A stretch of DNA of 60,381 nucleotides, the filler included, from Porpidia crustulata (taxonomy: Eukaryota): NCBI GenBank assembly GCA_964255105.1. It is 9 parts of 9 records of this genome, joined end to end, with 100 filler letters (N's around TTAATTAATTAA, not from the genome) between each part and the next. Parts side by side here need not be neighbours in the genome. Positions count along the whole stretch, not along the records: positions 6,730 to 13,354 come from CAXUWE010001492.1; positions 13,455 to 20,079 come from CAXUWE010001493.1; positions 20,180 to 26,800 come from CAXUWE010001494.1; 6 more parts are not named here. One strand, 5' to 3'. Shown in pieces: positions 10,912 through 22,777 of this stretch. The notes under the pieces are model-generated. The model saw only the letters and a program-made list of their open reading frames with translations. It was not told the origin of the DNA and made no database searches. The position numbers and the translations under genes were made by a program. How positions within the stretch are numbered: the first letter of the stretch is position 1; every line of letters begins with the position of its first letter.

Positions 10912-12833
10912 ATGGCTGTAAGAAAGCTTATATCAGCTCTGGCCTTGAGTCATATTGTATCCATCGTTTCGGCGTCACCATTTCCTGAGACAGCCAGATC
11001 CACACCCTCAGATCTCATTGCCTCCCTTGATCCCATCAGTTCCTGGTTTCACGGATCCAATTGGCACTCTAGTGCCTCCCCTTCCCGTTCTCCAGGCTCC
11101 CACTCCTCCCAAGGCTAGCCCTCCTTTTACGGGTAGCGATATCAAGCCTAAGAAGATCGGATACTTTTGGACGGCTGCTGGTGATAATGACCACGCAGGT
11201 ATTCAGTCCTGCACGTTTTCTACTGCTGGGTAGCTAATTGCTGTTCGCTAGATTTCCTAGCTACCTACAGCCTTGACGATGTGGGTCCAGCCACATGTTT
11301 TAGTCGGTAGATTTTGATTGACATCACACAGGATACCTTTGGACAATTCCTATGGTTGACCGATGTTCCAACAAGTGGAAACAGTCCACACCATCTTGGT
11401 TCCAGCTCGGACGGGAAGACTCTTGTAGGAGGTGGACTATCGTCTCTCTTAAAGCTCCAGGTATGGCACTGTCTTTGCATTGACAGGTGTTCCATGCCAA
11501 CCAGCTCCAGGACACTGCATATTACTTTGACGTATCCAATCCGTACCGGCCAGCGTTCAAGAAGAGCAACCGTGCTTTGACATCCGCGGTTACAGATGAG
11601 ATCCGTGCCAAGCCTAATGGGTAAGTGACAGAGTCCAGTGCATTGTAATAATATACTCATTTGTGCAGAGGCTTCCTAATCACTTACATGGGCTGTGAGT
11701 CATATATGTTGGAGACTTAATGGTCTTGACGATACTAACGGACCTCGCAGCGGCCGCTGGGACATCTCCGGGGCGTCTTGTTGAGACAGATAGTAATTAC
11801 AACATTATTGGCGAATTTCCTAGGGACGCTGCCGGCAACGCCAACATTCTTGCTGATAATTTCAACCCACATGGTCTGACCATCGACTGGAAGAAGAATA
11901 TAATCCTCACATCTGATTACATTGTGCCACTTTCGATCTTAAAACCTAGCTTGGGTATAATCAGAGACAATACCTTACGTCTGTGGAACCTGGAGAAGAG
12001 GACTATCATCAGCACTCTCACTATTCCTAATGTGAGTTAAACCCAAGAAGCCACCCTCTATTTTCGAAAAGAATATCTGGGACGGTGATTGCTCACAGTG
12101 TCTTCCATTCAGGGTGGAGGAATCCAAGATGTCAAATTCATCCCCGGCAACCCAGACTCGGCTGCTCTGGCCACCGCACTCCATCTTGGTGCAGTCTACA
12201 TAATCTACCCTTTCAAGATAGACGCCAGCGGCAAGCAAGGCGTAGTCGAGCTACTCTATGATCTTGGGCCAAAGGCGCGCGATACAACTGCAATCTAGTG
12301 AGTTCTTCGTTTCGTAAGCCACATAGTAAGAAAACCAGCGCTGACGAAGTCCCCCATCATCAGTACCGATCTTACATCAGATGGAAAGTTCTACTACGGT
12401 AAGCCAATTCTCTGTCTATTCCCCACGCCATCTCGCTCTAGCCCAAGCCATCGAGAATCAGCTGACACTTTACAAAGCTACCTACACAACGGGCAATCAT
12501 ATCGCAGCCCTCGATATCTCCGATCTGAAGAATGTGAAGCGCCTCGATAATCCAGATGAGGTCCAACCGACCATCGGACCCCACTATATCAAGGTCACGC
12601 CGGATCAAAAGCACATCGTCGTCACCGATTACTTTGTGCAAACAGGACAAATCGGGCTCATCAACACTCCTGCTGACTTCAAAGCCCTCTATATCGACAT
12701 CAACCCGGATGGGTCCCTGCATTTCAACAGGAGTATCGATTTCACAGGGCCTTATACGAATAGAGGTGGAGCTAAGCCTCATTCGGCAGTCGTGTTTGAT
12801 TTGACGGACCCTGCGAACCCAATTTACTATTAG
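10912..12833 (+). CDS. Secreted beta-propeller, selenium-binding protein (SBP56)/methanethiol-oxidase-like; about 8 introns; 5' frame discontinuity
   Basis: Spliced by eye: signal peptide, Pro-rich leader, GYFWTAAGDNDHA-DFLATYSLDD-DTFG...SGNSPHH, GFLITYMGS...PGRLVE, NPHGL, GPHY, KPHS. The family is recalled from these motifs, not searched. Confidence 0.7.
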
Positions 12834-13299
12834 GTTCAGTGCAGGAGCGAGGTTTCGGGAGTACTTTCTAATGTTGCTTTTCAAGACTTTCAGGCATGAA
12901 ATGGATTTTGGCAGCTGACTTTGTGTATTGGACCCTCTGCAGGTGGAAGGCCGCCGTCATCTTCAATATCCAGTAGCGGATTGATTCAACTCAAACCGCG
13001 TGGTAGCTTTAATTATAATTATACATTCAATTACCCTGCACCACACTAATTCCTTGAGCATCTGCAGGGCCGAACATCTTCGACTCATCCACCGAGAAAG
13101 ACAAAAAAATAGCTGGAACGAGTCGAATAATTTGTTGAGCGATCTCGTAGCTTTTTGGATGTTTCTAATAGGAACGGGAGATATAAAAGGAACGGCTGGC
13201 TGAGCAGTCAGCTGATTTTTTTTATTTTTTCTTTTTAGGTAGTTTGATAAATAGTGCATCGGCAACAACGTATTTGCTAAACCTAATCCCCCTTCTCCA

Positions 13300-13340
13300 A
13301 AAACACCAACCACCAACACCACCACCACCACCACCACCAT
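13300..13340 (+). repeat. (ACC)n microsatellite near contig end
   Basis: aacaccaaccaccaacaccaccaccaccaccaccaccatc. Confidence 0.8.
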
Positions 13341-13354
13341 CAAAACCCTCCTCC

Positions 13355-13454
13355 NNNNNNNNNNNNNNNNNNNNNNNNNNNNNNNNNNNNNNNNNNNNTT
13401 AATTAATTAANNNNNNNNNNNNNNNNNNNNNNNNNNNNNNNNNNNNNNNNNNNN
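13355..13454. other. Artificial contig linker
   Basis: 44 N + TTAATTAATTAA + 44 N. Confidence 0.98.
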
Positions 13455-14435
13455 CCTCTAAGGGGAGATTAAAAAAACAAAACAACGATACACTACGACC
13501 TGTATATGGGTGCGCTGGGTCGGCGTGGACCACATACGCACATGGAGAAATCGTGCACATACATCTTCGTCTTTCCTCACCACCGTAACAATACCTCTAC
13601 ATGACGCACTCTGTTGCAAATAACCCTCTTAACATACCCCAACTCCCCCACACAGCAGCACTCTCACAAAATCCGCATAACCAGTCAACCAACCAACCAA
13701 CAATCCCACGCAGAACCCATCATCCCTTTTCCCCCTCTTCATTTTCTCAAATCAACTCTTCCACCAGTAGGATTAGCAGAGCGGGCATCGGTGTTGGAGT
13801 GCGGAGCTAGAGGGATTTGGGTCGTTTATTAACTCGTTCGTGTCTGGGATGGGATGGAGTGGATGGGCATGGGATGAAGTTGGTGGGAGGTATAGATGTA
13901 AGATAGCTTGAGATAAAATGTCCAATGAATTGACAGGATGGATGTGATACGTAGATGAGTGTGGCTTTGCCGAATTCCAGCAAAATACCCATCCTCTCAG
14001 TCCGAGTCTCATATCCTCTGTCGAATCTCATATCCTCTCTGTCGAATCTCATGGCATCAATATCAACTACGCACAAAAGCAATTCACACCTCACACCTCA
14101 CACCCACCATATAACCCCCCCCAAAAACCCCACATCCACATCCTTTCAATTAATCCCCTATTCTAAATCTCAGCAAGGAGCGAGCACGCAAGATCCGTGG
14201 ATGGAATAAGCCACGTAAAAGAAGTGAGGCAAGGCCTGACTGAACAGGAAGAAGCCCGTGCAATTTGATATTTGGGGAGACATGCGTGGGACAAAATGAA
14301 AACTATCGTATCTGTCCGCTGCTGCGGCCCCGTGGAACAATTTCTAGCTCTCGTATGCCATCCACCGCCCTTTACTTTCTTCGAAATAACCTGGCTGCCA
14401 TCCTCATCCGTTTCCTAGTTGATATACATCTCCGT

Positions 14436-16537
14436 TCACTAAAACTTGAGTTAGTACTCACTTGAGTTCAAGGGATAGCAAGATCCACCTACCAAAATCT
14501 CATCCATACCCAAATCATCTCCACCGTTCGCAGCAGGTGCGCCTCCGTTCGTGGCGGCACCGGCGTCACCTCCAGTTGCCCCGTTGGCAGCATTGACGTC
14601 AAAGTAATCCATCATCTCGGCGTCGAGCTGGTCTGCAGTCTTGGGCTTACTTCGTCCAGCGTTACGTCCTCGACGAGCACCACGGCCGCGGCCACGCTCA
14701 GTGCCACGGGTAGTAGCGCCGTTGGTTGCGGGCTTGGCTGCAGCGGCTGACTTGGGCTTGTTCTTGGGTTGCCTGTGTCTCGTAAGTAACCAGTGAGGGA
14801 GGGGTTGGGCAGAGCGACTTACGCAATACGATCACCTAGTCCTTTGACAGGAGCTGGAGGAGGAGCTTTGGAAGCGTCGAGGACGACTTCAATCTTTCCG
14901 AAATTTAGTCGACCTATTTTCTACAGTATACCAACGACATCCTTACCTTCATTGGGCGCTTATCGACCAACAAGCCATTGAGCTTGACAAGGGCGTCGTT
15001 GGCGGCATCGGACTTGACGAAGACGATTGTTGCAATGCCACGGCTCACACCATTGGGACCGTAAGTGATGTGGGCGCGTTTGACAGGGCCAACAGATTTT
15101 CCGAAATATTCCTATATTAAGAAGTTTGGTACCGAATTAGTCCACTGGCGTGCGGTCAACGTGGGAAGCATCTTAAAAGACGAGAGCGAAGGATAGAAAG
15201 GCACGCGAGCCTAGGGAGGTAAGGTCCACGCAAATGCAGTCCCTCAGAAGCCCAGGTCCACATGAGAGCACCAGCAAGCAAGCAGTAAGAGTTAGTAAGG
15301 TTAGTATGAAAAAATCCACGTTACGGTCCTCCAGGTTCCAGTCCAGTCAATGTCCAAAACTTCCTAGCTATGTGGTCCTATCGCAAGCCATGCCAACCAA
15401 ACTAGCCAAAATCAATTGGTGTTGAATATTTACCTCCAACTTCAGGTATTATTACCCGGTGTACAGGATGTTTGCCAAGTTGACGAATCATGGATGACCA
15501 ACTCCGGAGACTGCTATTTAGACCAATATAGTTCTCGATTCGGATTCCTCGCAGATTCATGGACTTGTGAGCACTGAAGCGAAGGGCATTGTTTCCAATC
15601 AAGACTGCGAGCGCAGCGATCAGAATAATGCCAATCACATCCAATGAGCTCTAAATTCCGTGCCTCCTGCCGCGATCGAGGGCCGGTCTCGCATGGAATG
15701 TTGTGTATTTCGAGAGCGTGCGTTCGATGGCTTGATCCATACCGAAGCCAATCGCAGCTCATTACTTGAGTGCAGAAGTGTTGCATGGAATGTCAACGAT
15801 CCAAGTGGGCTGCTTTTCTGCGTTCACTGCTGTGCTTGCTGGTGCTCATACACGGCGTTCGAGCCAGAAAGGATCGACCTTGCTCCCGAGGACCACCAGC
15901 AAATTAAGCTGTGTTTCCGTCACAAAGCCTGCACAATAACTGGTGTATTCTGTTTGCCAGACAGATAACATCTCAGTCACGATGTTGCAAGGCTTTGCCG
16001 TGATCTCCGCTTTGTATCACTCTGCATCAGGCTTAAAGAAGCGAGCTAAAGATAATACAGGGAACAAGAGAGAGCCACCTCGTCTCAGCACCACATATAA
16101 ATGGTTTATATAAAAGCCACTACCCCACACGGACGATCGAACAGGTTCGTAGAAATGGGCGATGACAGAAGGGTCGGCGACGAAAGTCCAATACGACGGT
16201 GGCCTCAATCAACATACCTTAATCTGGACCTCGCTAACATCGGGAGGCTGGAAGAATGTTTAGCTACAACTACAATAGCAACAGGGTGTAGATGTGTTCT
16301 TACCAAGTTGCTCACAATGATCTTGGATTCTCCATGACCAGCAGCCGGCCCACTCGGTACCGCAGCTTTTGCAGATCCTCCTCGTGCGGACTTGGTATTC
16401 TTTCTGATACCTCCTGTGGGTGCTTCGGTAGTATTCCTAGCGGAGCTAAGAACTCGACGACCTCCACGGCCGCGACGGGCGTTTCCACGTCGACCACCAA
16501 GGATTTCATCGAGAGACTGGTCTAGTTTTCCAGACAT
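14436..16537 (-). CDS. YRA1: mRNA export adaptor Yra1/ALYREF (RRM with N- and C-terminal REF boxes)
   Basis: MSGKLDQSLDEI REF-N; RRM SKIIVSNLPPDVSEVQIKEYFGKSVGPVKR...; REF-C KTADQLDAEMMDYF. Exons 16304-16537, 16218-16247, 14947-15111, 14823-14893, 14493-14772 and a stop-only exon 14436-14438. Confidence 0.93.
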
Positions 16538-18240
16538 CTTGAGGCGTGTTTTTACTTTGGTTGTAGTATTGGCTGGATACGCAGCTGCTTATCAGACTAA
16601 TTCTCGCAGTTGAGAGATGATGGTCGTGATCAAGAATAGTAGTCTCTAAAAAATGGATAGGATATGGCTTTGAATTGGTAGCTTCTTGGTTTTCAGTTCA
16701 TAAGACCACAACTGATGGCGAGATGTGGAAAGAAGATGGAGTAGTTGGTTAGCAGTGGTCGCTGCGTGTGTGGATTGGAGAGACTGAGAAGCAGCAGTGT
16801 CAGAAGCAGAAGTAAATGGCGGTGGATGATTCAAAGAAGTATGAGTGGATGCGACTTGAATAATGCGTCGATGCGCTGAGATGAAGTGGCGGGGTTGTGA
16901 ATAAGATGTGTTGAAGATGAAGAGAAAACAAAGGAGCAATGGGGGCCTGAATCACAGGCGCAAACTGCCCGGGAATTGTACTGAAACTAGTACTAAACCG
17001 GGCTTAGCCTCCACTGTTTTCACAGAAATAGCGTGAATAGCTACCTCAACCGAGAGCTTCAATGTCACGTGCCGTCACAGCTTCGAACATTCGATTAATG
17101 TCTTATCTTATAGCTATGATTCGACAGCACTCATCATAGTGTAGTACAACAGTAGGACAAACCTAGCGGTCATCGCTAAAGCTCCCCCTCTGCGCTCCCA
17201 GCACTCCAGCCATGGCCCCAGCAATGAAATGACGATGACCGCCCAGCGTTCGAATCATAGTAGGGAGGGGATATATCCGATCAATCTTGTAGCTCAGTAG
17301 GAGAGGTTATCGACAGATGCTACTCTCCACAGTCAATGTCTTTGAATCAAGAGTTTCAAGGAGAAGGCTTCACTCGCAGCTACAGGAGCGTCTTTCGGTT
17401 GCCTTCCTAATGGTCTACCAAGTTACTCAGACCCATACTAAAAGTGTTGATTAACTCTGATTTCAGTGAACTGTTCCTCCCTAGTCTCAAGGCCCAAACG
17501 CTCCCCTTTTTATCAACGACGACGAGCCCGTGGACGACAAACCACGCTTCCTTTTCCAACATAAAGCGAAGAAATCCGAGTGTCACCACTATATGCCTAT
17601 GTATGGAGGTCAGACCGCCAACGCTATAATGTTTGGGTCTAGGTAATATTGAGGGCGTATGCTGCAACTGGAGTCTTGGTTGGGGCCGAGGTGTGGTCAT
17701 GACAGTAAGGAGTGTGGTGTGTTGGCCAAGGCTACTGAAATAATGAGCGATGAGAGAAGCTTTGGGAGATCATGTCTTGAGGAAAATATGTCGGGAATGG
17801 CGGGCGGCTTGGTCTGGGCCGGGAGAGCTAATGATAAGCTTGGAGATAGGAGGAACGTGGAACGGAAGGAAAACATGAAAGGGGCTGCGTTCTTGAAAAG
17901 AACATACAGAAAGACATCAATGAGAGAGACTTGGAAAGAAAACCGATTCCCAATGGTTTGATTGCATCAAGAACAACCGTTGGATTTGGCACCAACAATG
18001 TCTCATGATTAGTGGTGATTCCGTTCAGTGAAGTAATCTTGAACGAGCTTGAGAACTCTCTGCTCTCCTGGCGTTCGAATTTTTCTGTACTTCTATTGTA
18101 CACGCAAAGCGAGAATACCTATGCCAGGCAGATCCCTAGATAAAGCCGTTGCAGCCCTAAATTCCATTGTCGGCGCCTAGTTCCCCCCATGACCTACCAG
18201 TCATGAACCGTGTACCCAAGACTCCCGGACAGCAAGCTCC

Positions 18241-18969
18241 TTAGCTCTTCAGCGCCTCTAACCTGCCTCTCATCTGGGCCAGGGTTGCCTCTTGTTCTTC
18301 CAGATCTTCCTCTGCTAGAGGCTCTTCATCCACTGCCGCCTCTGCCACTTTGGCCGGGCCGAGCTTGCCTTGTAGAATCTCCCCAAGCACCTTGTCGACC
18401 TCGGCCTCGGCCTCGTCATCTTCGCCCTCCATCAGCTGATCGTCTGGAAGACTATCGCCGACCATCTCCTCAATAATACCAGCCTTGACCAACTCTTGCG
18501 AGAGCTCTCTCATTGTGCCGGTCAACTCGGGTAATCGCACAAGACTGTTGACATCCTTCATAATCCCCGTCGAAGCCTTAATGCTCCCCTCAATCTTTCG
18601 GACCGAGAATGCTTCGTTGACCTGCATCTGTACGCTTTGCAACTGTGCTTTACTGGTTGCAAGTCTCGAACCTTGCTTTCGTATTCTAACCATTTCCCTT
18701 GCAAAAGTTCGGGTTTCCGCGGCTGCTTGCTTGGCTTGTGAAGGGTTTTTTTGGCCCCTTCTAGAGGCTTGTATTATGTACTGCTTTGTCTTGGAATCTA
18801 AGACCTTTAGTTGAGCCATGTCACGGTCAAGCTTGCGAGTGTTGGATCGGATCAAGCTGTTGCATTTTCGCATCTATCAAGAGTCAGCAGTCGTTTCCTT
18901 GGAAGCAGAAATTAAGCATACCTGAGCAGCTGGATCTGGCTTCCAGAAGACAGCCTTGATAGACTCCAT
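18241..18969 (-). CDS. VPS24: ESCRT-III subunit Vps24/CHMP3
   Basis: Exon 1 18922-18969 (MESIKAVFWKPDPAAQ), intron 18874-18921; Snf7-family coiled coil, RLPELTGTMRELSQELVKAGIIEEM, C-terminal MRGRLEALKS. Confidence 0.93.
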
Positions 18970-19418
18970 GTCTGCTGGGAGCTCTACAATTAGACGTCGT
19001 ATGAGCTTGACATACGATTGTAGCCATCCTCACGCAACTCTGGCGGTACCTGTAAAGTGACGTCCGAGCCTAGGCAAGCGCCGCAAATCTTACATTACAG
19101 ATCTGGAGTACCAGTTTTCATTATGCCAGTAAATGTTTGATTGACAAAATTGAAATCAAGAGAATCTACTCAGATCATCTCTACAGAATCCCAATAAGAA
19201 TTTGGTACCTATACAGAAACGTTGGTGTCTTCAATCACTGGCTTCCTACAGCTTCGACGATATTCCATCAAGCTCTGCATCAGCCTTGCGGAATTGTAGC
19301 GCTAGATATCCACTCAAATATTCCAAACTTCAAACACTGGGATACTCAACGTAAAATCTTGAAAATTGAACTCACAGTTACCCCTTCTAAATCCACAAGC
19401 TGTCCTGACCCCGCCACC

Positions 19419-20079
19419 ATGTCCACCTCTACAATACCTGAAGGTAAGATAAAATCCCATTATCTCAGCCCCGAGCCAAACCAGCATATCCAAAAAGACA
19501 CAGCTGACCAGTCCCTCTCCAGTCCTCTGGGCCCAGCGCTCATCCCCTTCCGAAGCCGAAAAGAACATCATATATCTCACCATCTCCGCGACCGACGTCC
19601 CCAAAATCGACGTGAACCTAAAACCCACCAGCCTGACCTTCACCGGCACCTCCACTGTCAAAAAGACAACATATCATTTGGAATTGGAGTTCTGGGGTGA
19701 GATTGATGTCGAAAACAGCAAAACGCATCACACATCTAGCAAGGTTGAGTTTGTGCTACGCAAGAAAGAGATGAAGGAGGAATATTGGCCGCGGCTGCTG
19801 AAGGAGAGCAAAAAGGCACATTTCTTGAAGACGGATTTCGACAAAGTAAGCGAAAATGGCCTGGCTATTTCACTTAATCTGTATTGACATCGCTACCAGT
19901 GGGTCGACGAGGATGAGCAAAACGCCGCACCTGATGACGCCGATATGGGCGGTATGGGCGGCATGGGAGGTATGGGCGGCATGGAAGGTATGGGCGGTAT
20001 GGGAGGAATGGGAGGAGGAATGGGAGGAATTGATTGTATGTGTTGCTTGTTCTTTTATTTAGGCTTCGGCGGCATCGGT
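19419..20079 (+). CDS. SBA1: Hsp90 co-chaperone p23 (Sba1/Wos2), 3' truncated
   Basis: PEVLWAQRS after splicing, EEYWPRLLKE, FLKTDFDKWVDEDE, followed by a Gly/Met tail. Confidence 0.93.
19945..20030 (+). repeat. Coding 9-bp tandem repeat encoding (MGG)n in p23
   Basis: atgggcggt atgggcggc atgggaggt atgggcggc ... Confidence 0.85.
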
Positions 20080-20179
20080 NNNNNNNNNNNNNNNNNNNNN
20101 NNNNNNNNNNNNNNNNNNNNNNNTTAATTAATTAANNNNNNNNNNNNNNNNNNNNNNNNNNNNNNNNNNNNNNNNNNNN
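20080..20179. other. Artificial contig linker
   Basis: 44 N + TTAATTAATTAA + 44 N. Confidence 0.98.
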
Positions 20180-21064
20180 GGTTGGAGGAGGCGGAGAGGT
20201 GGGTTAGGGATGGGAATGCGGCAGTCAGGTGGACGATATCGTCCCAGGAGAGAAGAGTGTCGTTTAGGCTTAGCTCCTGAACGTTTTGAAATGCTTGTCG
20301 CCATTGTGGGACAGGGGGTTTTTGAAGATCGCAAAACCGATTACCGCTGTTTTCCAAGGATGATGAGCATGAAGCAGGTAGAAACGGCGTACTGGAGGAC
20401 GTACTCGACCTTCAGGCTCTTCAAAGATTTCAGTGTAGAGCATATGCCTGCAACATCCGCCCATCGCTCGAGCAGATTCCTACTCAGATCAAGCTCGGTA
20501 ATCTTCAATTGCTGGTCATGAATACGCTGCCATTCTGGAAGCCAAAGCTCTTGAGTTTCTGTCCACGGTCGTGCTCTGATTCCACGAATACACAGTCCGT
20601 CGAGGATTACGATCCGGAGCTCATGCAGCTCGGCAAGCTGTCGTCTGATTTTCTCGAACCCAATTTCTTGGACTGTTTTGCCGCTAATCTCAACTGTATC
20701 TTTAGCTGATGAGTTGTCCTGGGAGCTCTCTGACGCGTATTTCTTTCGGAAAGCTTCTAGGAAATTCAGAGGTTTATCGGGAGAACGAGACGGGCGAATG
20801 AAAGACGCTGCCGTTGGGCTTTTGCTCTGACCTGGCTGAGACGATTAAGCATGGAGAATAAGATGCTTTGATTCTTGAGCGAAAGCACTGACAGTCAAAA
20901 TACTTCACACCATCATGGCTGCCGTTATGTTTTCCACGATTAGGGTCATCCCATTCCACGCCTAGCCAGTCGCCTTTAGTCTTCTGGACCAGGCCAATGT
21001 ACCTGATAGTGCAAAGAGCACCCGAGAAAGACAGCCTTTGACCAATGTAAGGCTCGTCGCCCAT
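20180..21064 (-). CDS. PAC2: Tubulin-specific chaperone E (CAP-Gly + LRR), 3' truncated
   Basis: IGQRLSF..ALCTIRYIG...WLGVEWDDPNRGKHNGSHDGVKYF CAP-Gly, followed by LRRs (ELDLSRNLL, ELSLNDTLL, HLSASSN). Confidence 0.92.
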
Positions 21065-22180
21065 AACTTATGTGCCTCGCTACGTTGCGAGACGTAAAAT
21101 AGCTCTTACAATCGAGCAGACAGCTTGATTTGGTGGTGGAAATTTTTATTGCGTGTTCACCCACCAACTGGGATTCAGTAACGAACGGATCCTGGCTCAT
21201 TATCCGCTACATTGATCTGCTGAAACGTCAGAGACATCAATGCAATGCTATTTAGCTCTCGAACAAATTTCAGAACTAATTCGCCAATTCAAAGGGAGAT
21301 TCCTTATATTAACCCTAACCCTATGGCTCGGTTTTGCCCGTGCCTAGTCAAGCTAGTGCCAAAATCAGCAGCGCTGGTTTTATGAGATATCAAAGCGACT
21401 TGACACATTTTCATTACATGAAACAGCTTCTGATTCTCACTACCAGATATGCAGGCTTACAAGTTGCACCCAAGCAAAGGACCGCGGAAGAGATTCAAAT
21501 GCCAAGATTTTGGGCACAGATCAGAATCATTTTAAGAAGCAAATACCAGAGGGTTTAGCGCTCATAGCTATGCCATTGTGGCACCCATAGCCATCTCTAA
21601 TGCGCTTTACAAGATCATAGCGAAATGGTATCGTCCAGATGATGGGGTCCGCCACATCAGTGCGAGAAAGCATTGGGCACCCCTAGCTGATCACACAGAC
21701 ACGGAAATAACTATAATTATGACATTTCCTATTCGTAACGCAAGGTGATGCTCATCCATAATTACCACGACTCAAAGCTACTAAGGCTCCATTGGTTTAC
21801 GCCTTACGCTCCCACAGCAGGTAAGTAGGCCAACAATTTATCGCTGTTTCTGAGTGAGCAGCCAGTCGCATCATGTCGCCTACGTTAGACATGAGGCTCG
21901 AGCTGTCAGTGACTTAGCCTCTAGCCGCTATCGGCAGTCGCATGATTGAGTATACTGAAGATGCTATGAACCAGATTGGATATCCACGTAGGTATGGTAG
22001 AATGGAAATCGTCAATGTATAAAAATGCTATTCGTCTCACGACTTTGCTTGTACTCAGGACCTTCATTCTCCAGCTCATTCTCTCTACTTCCAATTTCCA
22101 ATTTTTACTACTTATAGTTGAATCTCTATTCTAGAGTCTCGCCAGATTTGCAAGCATCCGTCCTCTGCCGTCTGGATGAG

Positions 22181-22777
22181 ATGATTTATCTCATCAAAGT
22201 ACTCTTGGCTTTGGTATCGTTGCTGGTAGGTGGGCTGGACGCCGCTACTTTACCTTCAGTCAGTCGGACACCTGGTAACCAGTCAACGTCAGATGTAGCA
22301 GCCAAGTATGTTGATATGAATACATCCTATCCAAGATTTATCGCACACTGACATGATAGTAGGAACACTAGTGCCCCCTTATCTCAAAGTTTTCCGGTTC
22401 CGGGCACGCCCATCGAGCTTCTCTTCACCAGGCTGAGTGGTCCGAAGATTCCGGCCGAAGACCTTCTAAACGTTATTGATAGAGCTCTGACCATCGTTGA
22501 TCGCCGGATCGCCCATTTTGGAGAGAACGCTCCAATGACCCCGGGGATCATTCACTACGTGTTACATGACGCTGTGGTAGAGGTGTCCGATACAGCAGCT
22601 GGCTCGATGATCTGGTTGGACTTGAAGGCGACTTTGCTAGGGATCTGGCTTTTCATCACTGAGAACGGTTATGAAAGCAGAACTTTTCATATCGTCCATA
22701 ATGAGGAAGGTTGGGTAGGGAGTGGTGGTTTCCATTTGGATCCACCACCGGCGTCACCAAAACCACCCCCGGCATGA
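22181..22777 (+). CDS. Small secreted Cys-free protein of unknown function (~180 aa)
   Basis: Signal peptide MIYLIKVLLALVSLLVGGLDA; intron 22306-22359 or 22362 (GTATGT..CTGAC..TAGTAG) joins in frame to SFPVPGTPIELLFTRL...WLDLKATLLGIWLF...FHI...VGSGGF. Confidence 0.8.

Noticed and set aside
14008..14052. Short tandem duplication (tcatatcctc..tgtcgaatc) downstream of YRA1
   Set aside because: A two-copy slippage repeat with no spacers or functional sign.
17100..18150. Possible gene or snoRNA cluster between YRA1 and VPS24
   Set aside because: Only short ORFs with no motifs, and no convincing C/D or H/ACA architecture by eye.
21310..22180. Telomerase RNA gene using TAACCCTAACCCTA as template
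   Set aside because: Under 0.9 kb lies before the next gene, short for filamentous-ascomycete telomerase RNAs. No pseudoknot or three-way junction was recognised, and the same 14-mer recurs in another promoter.
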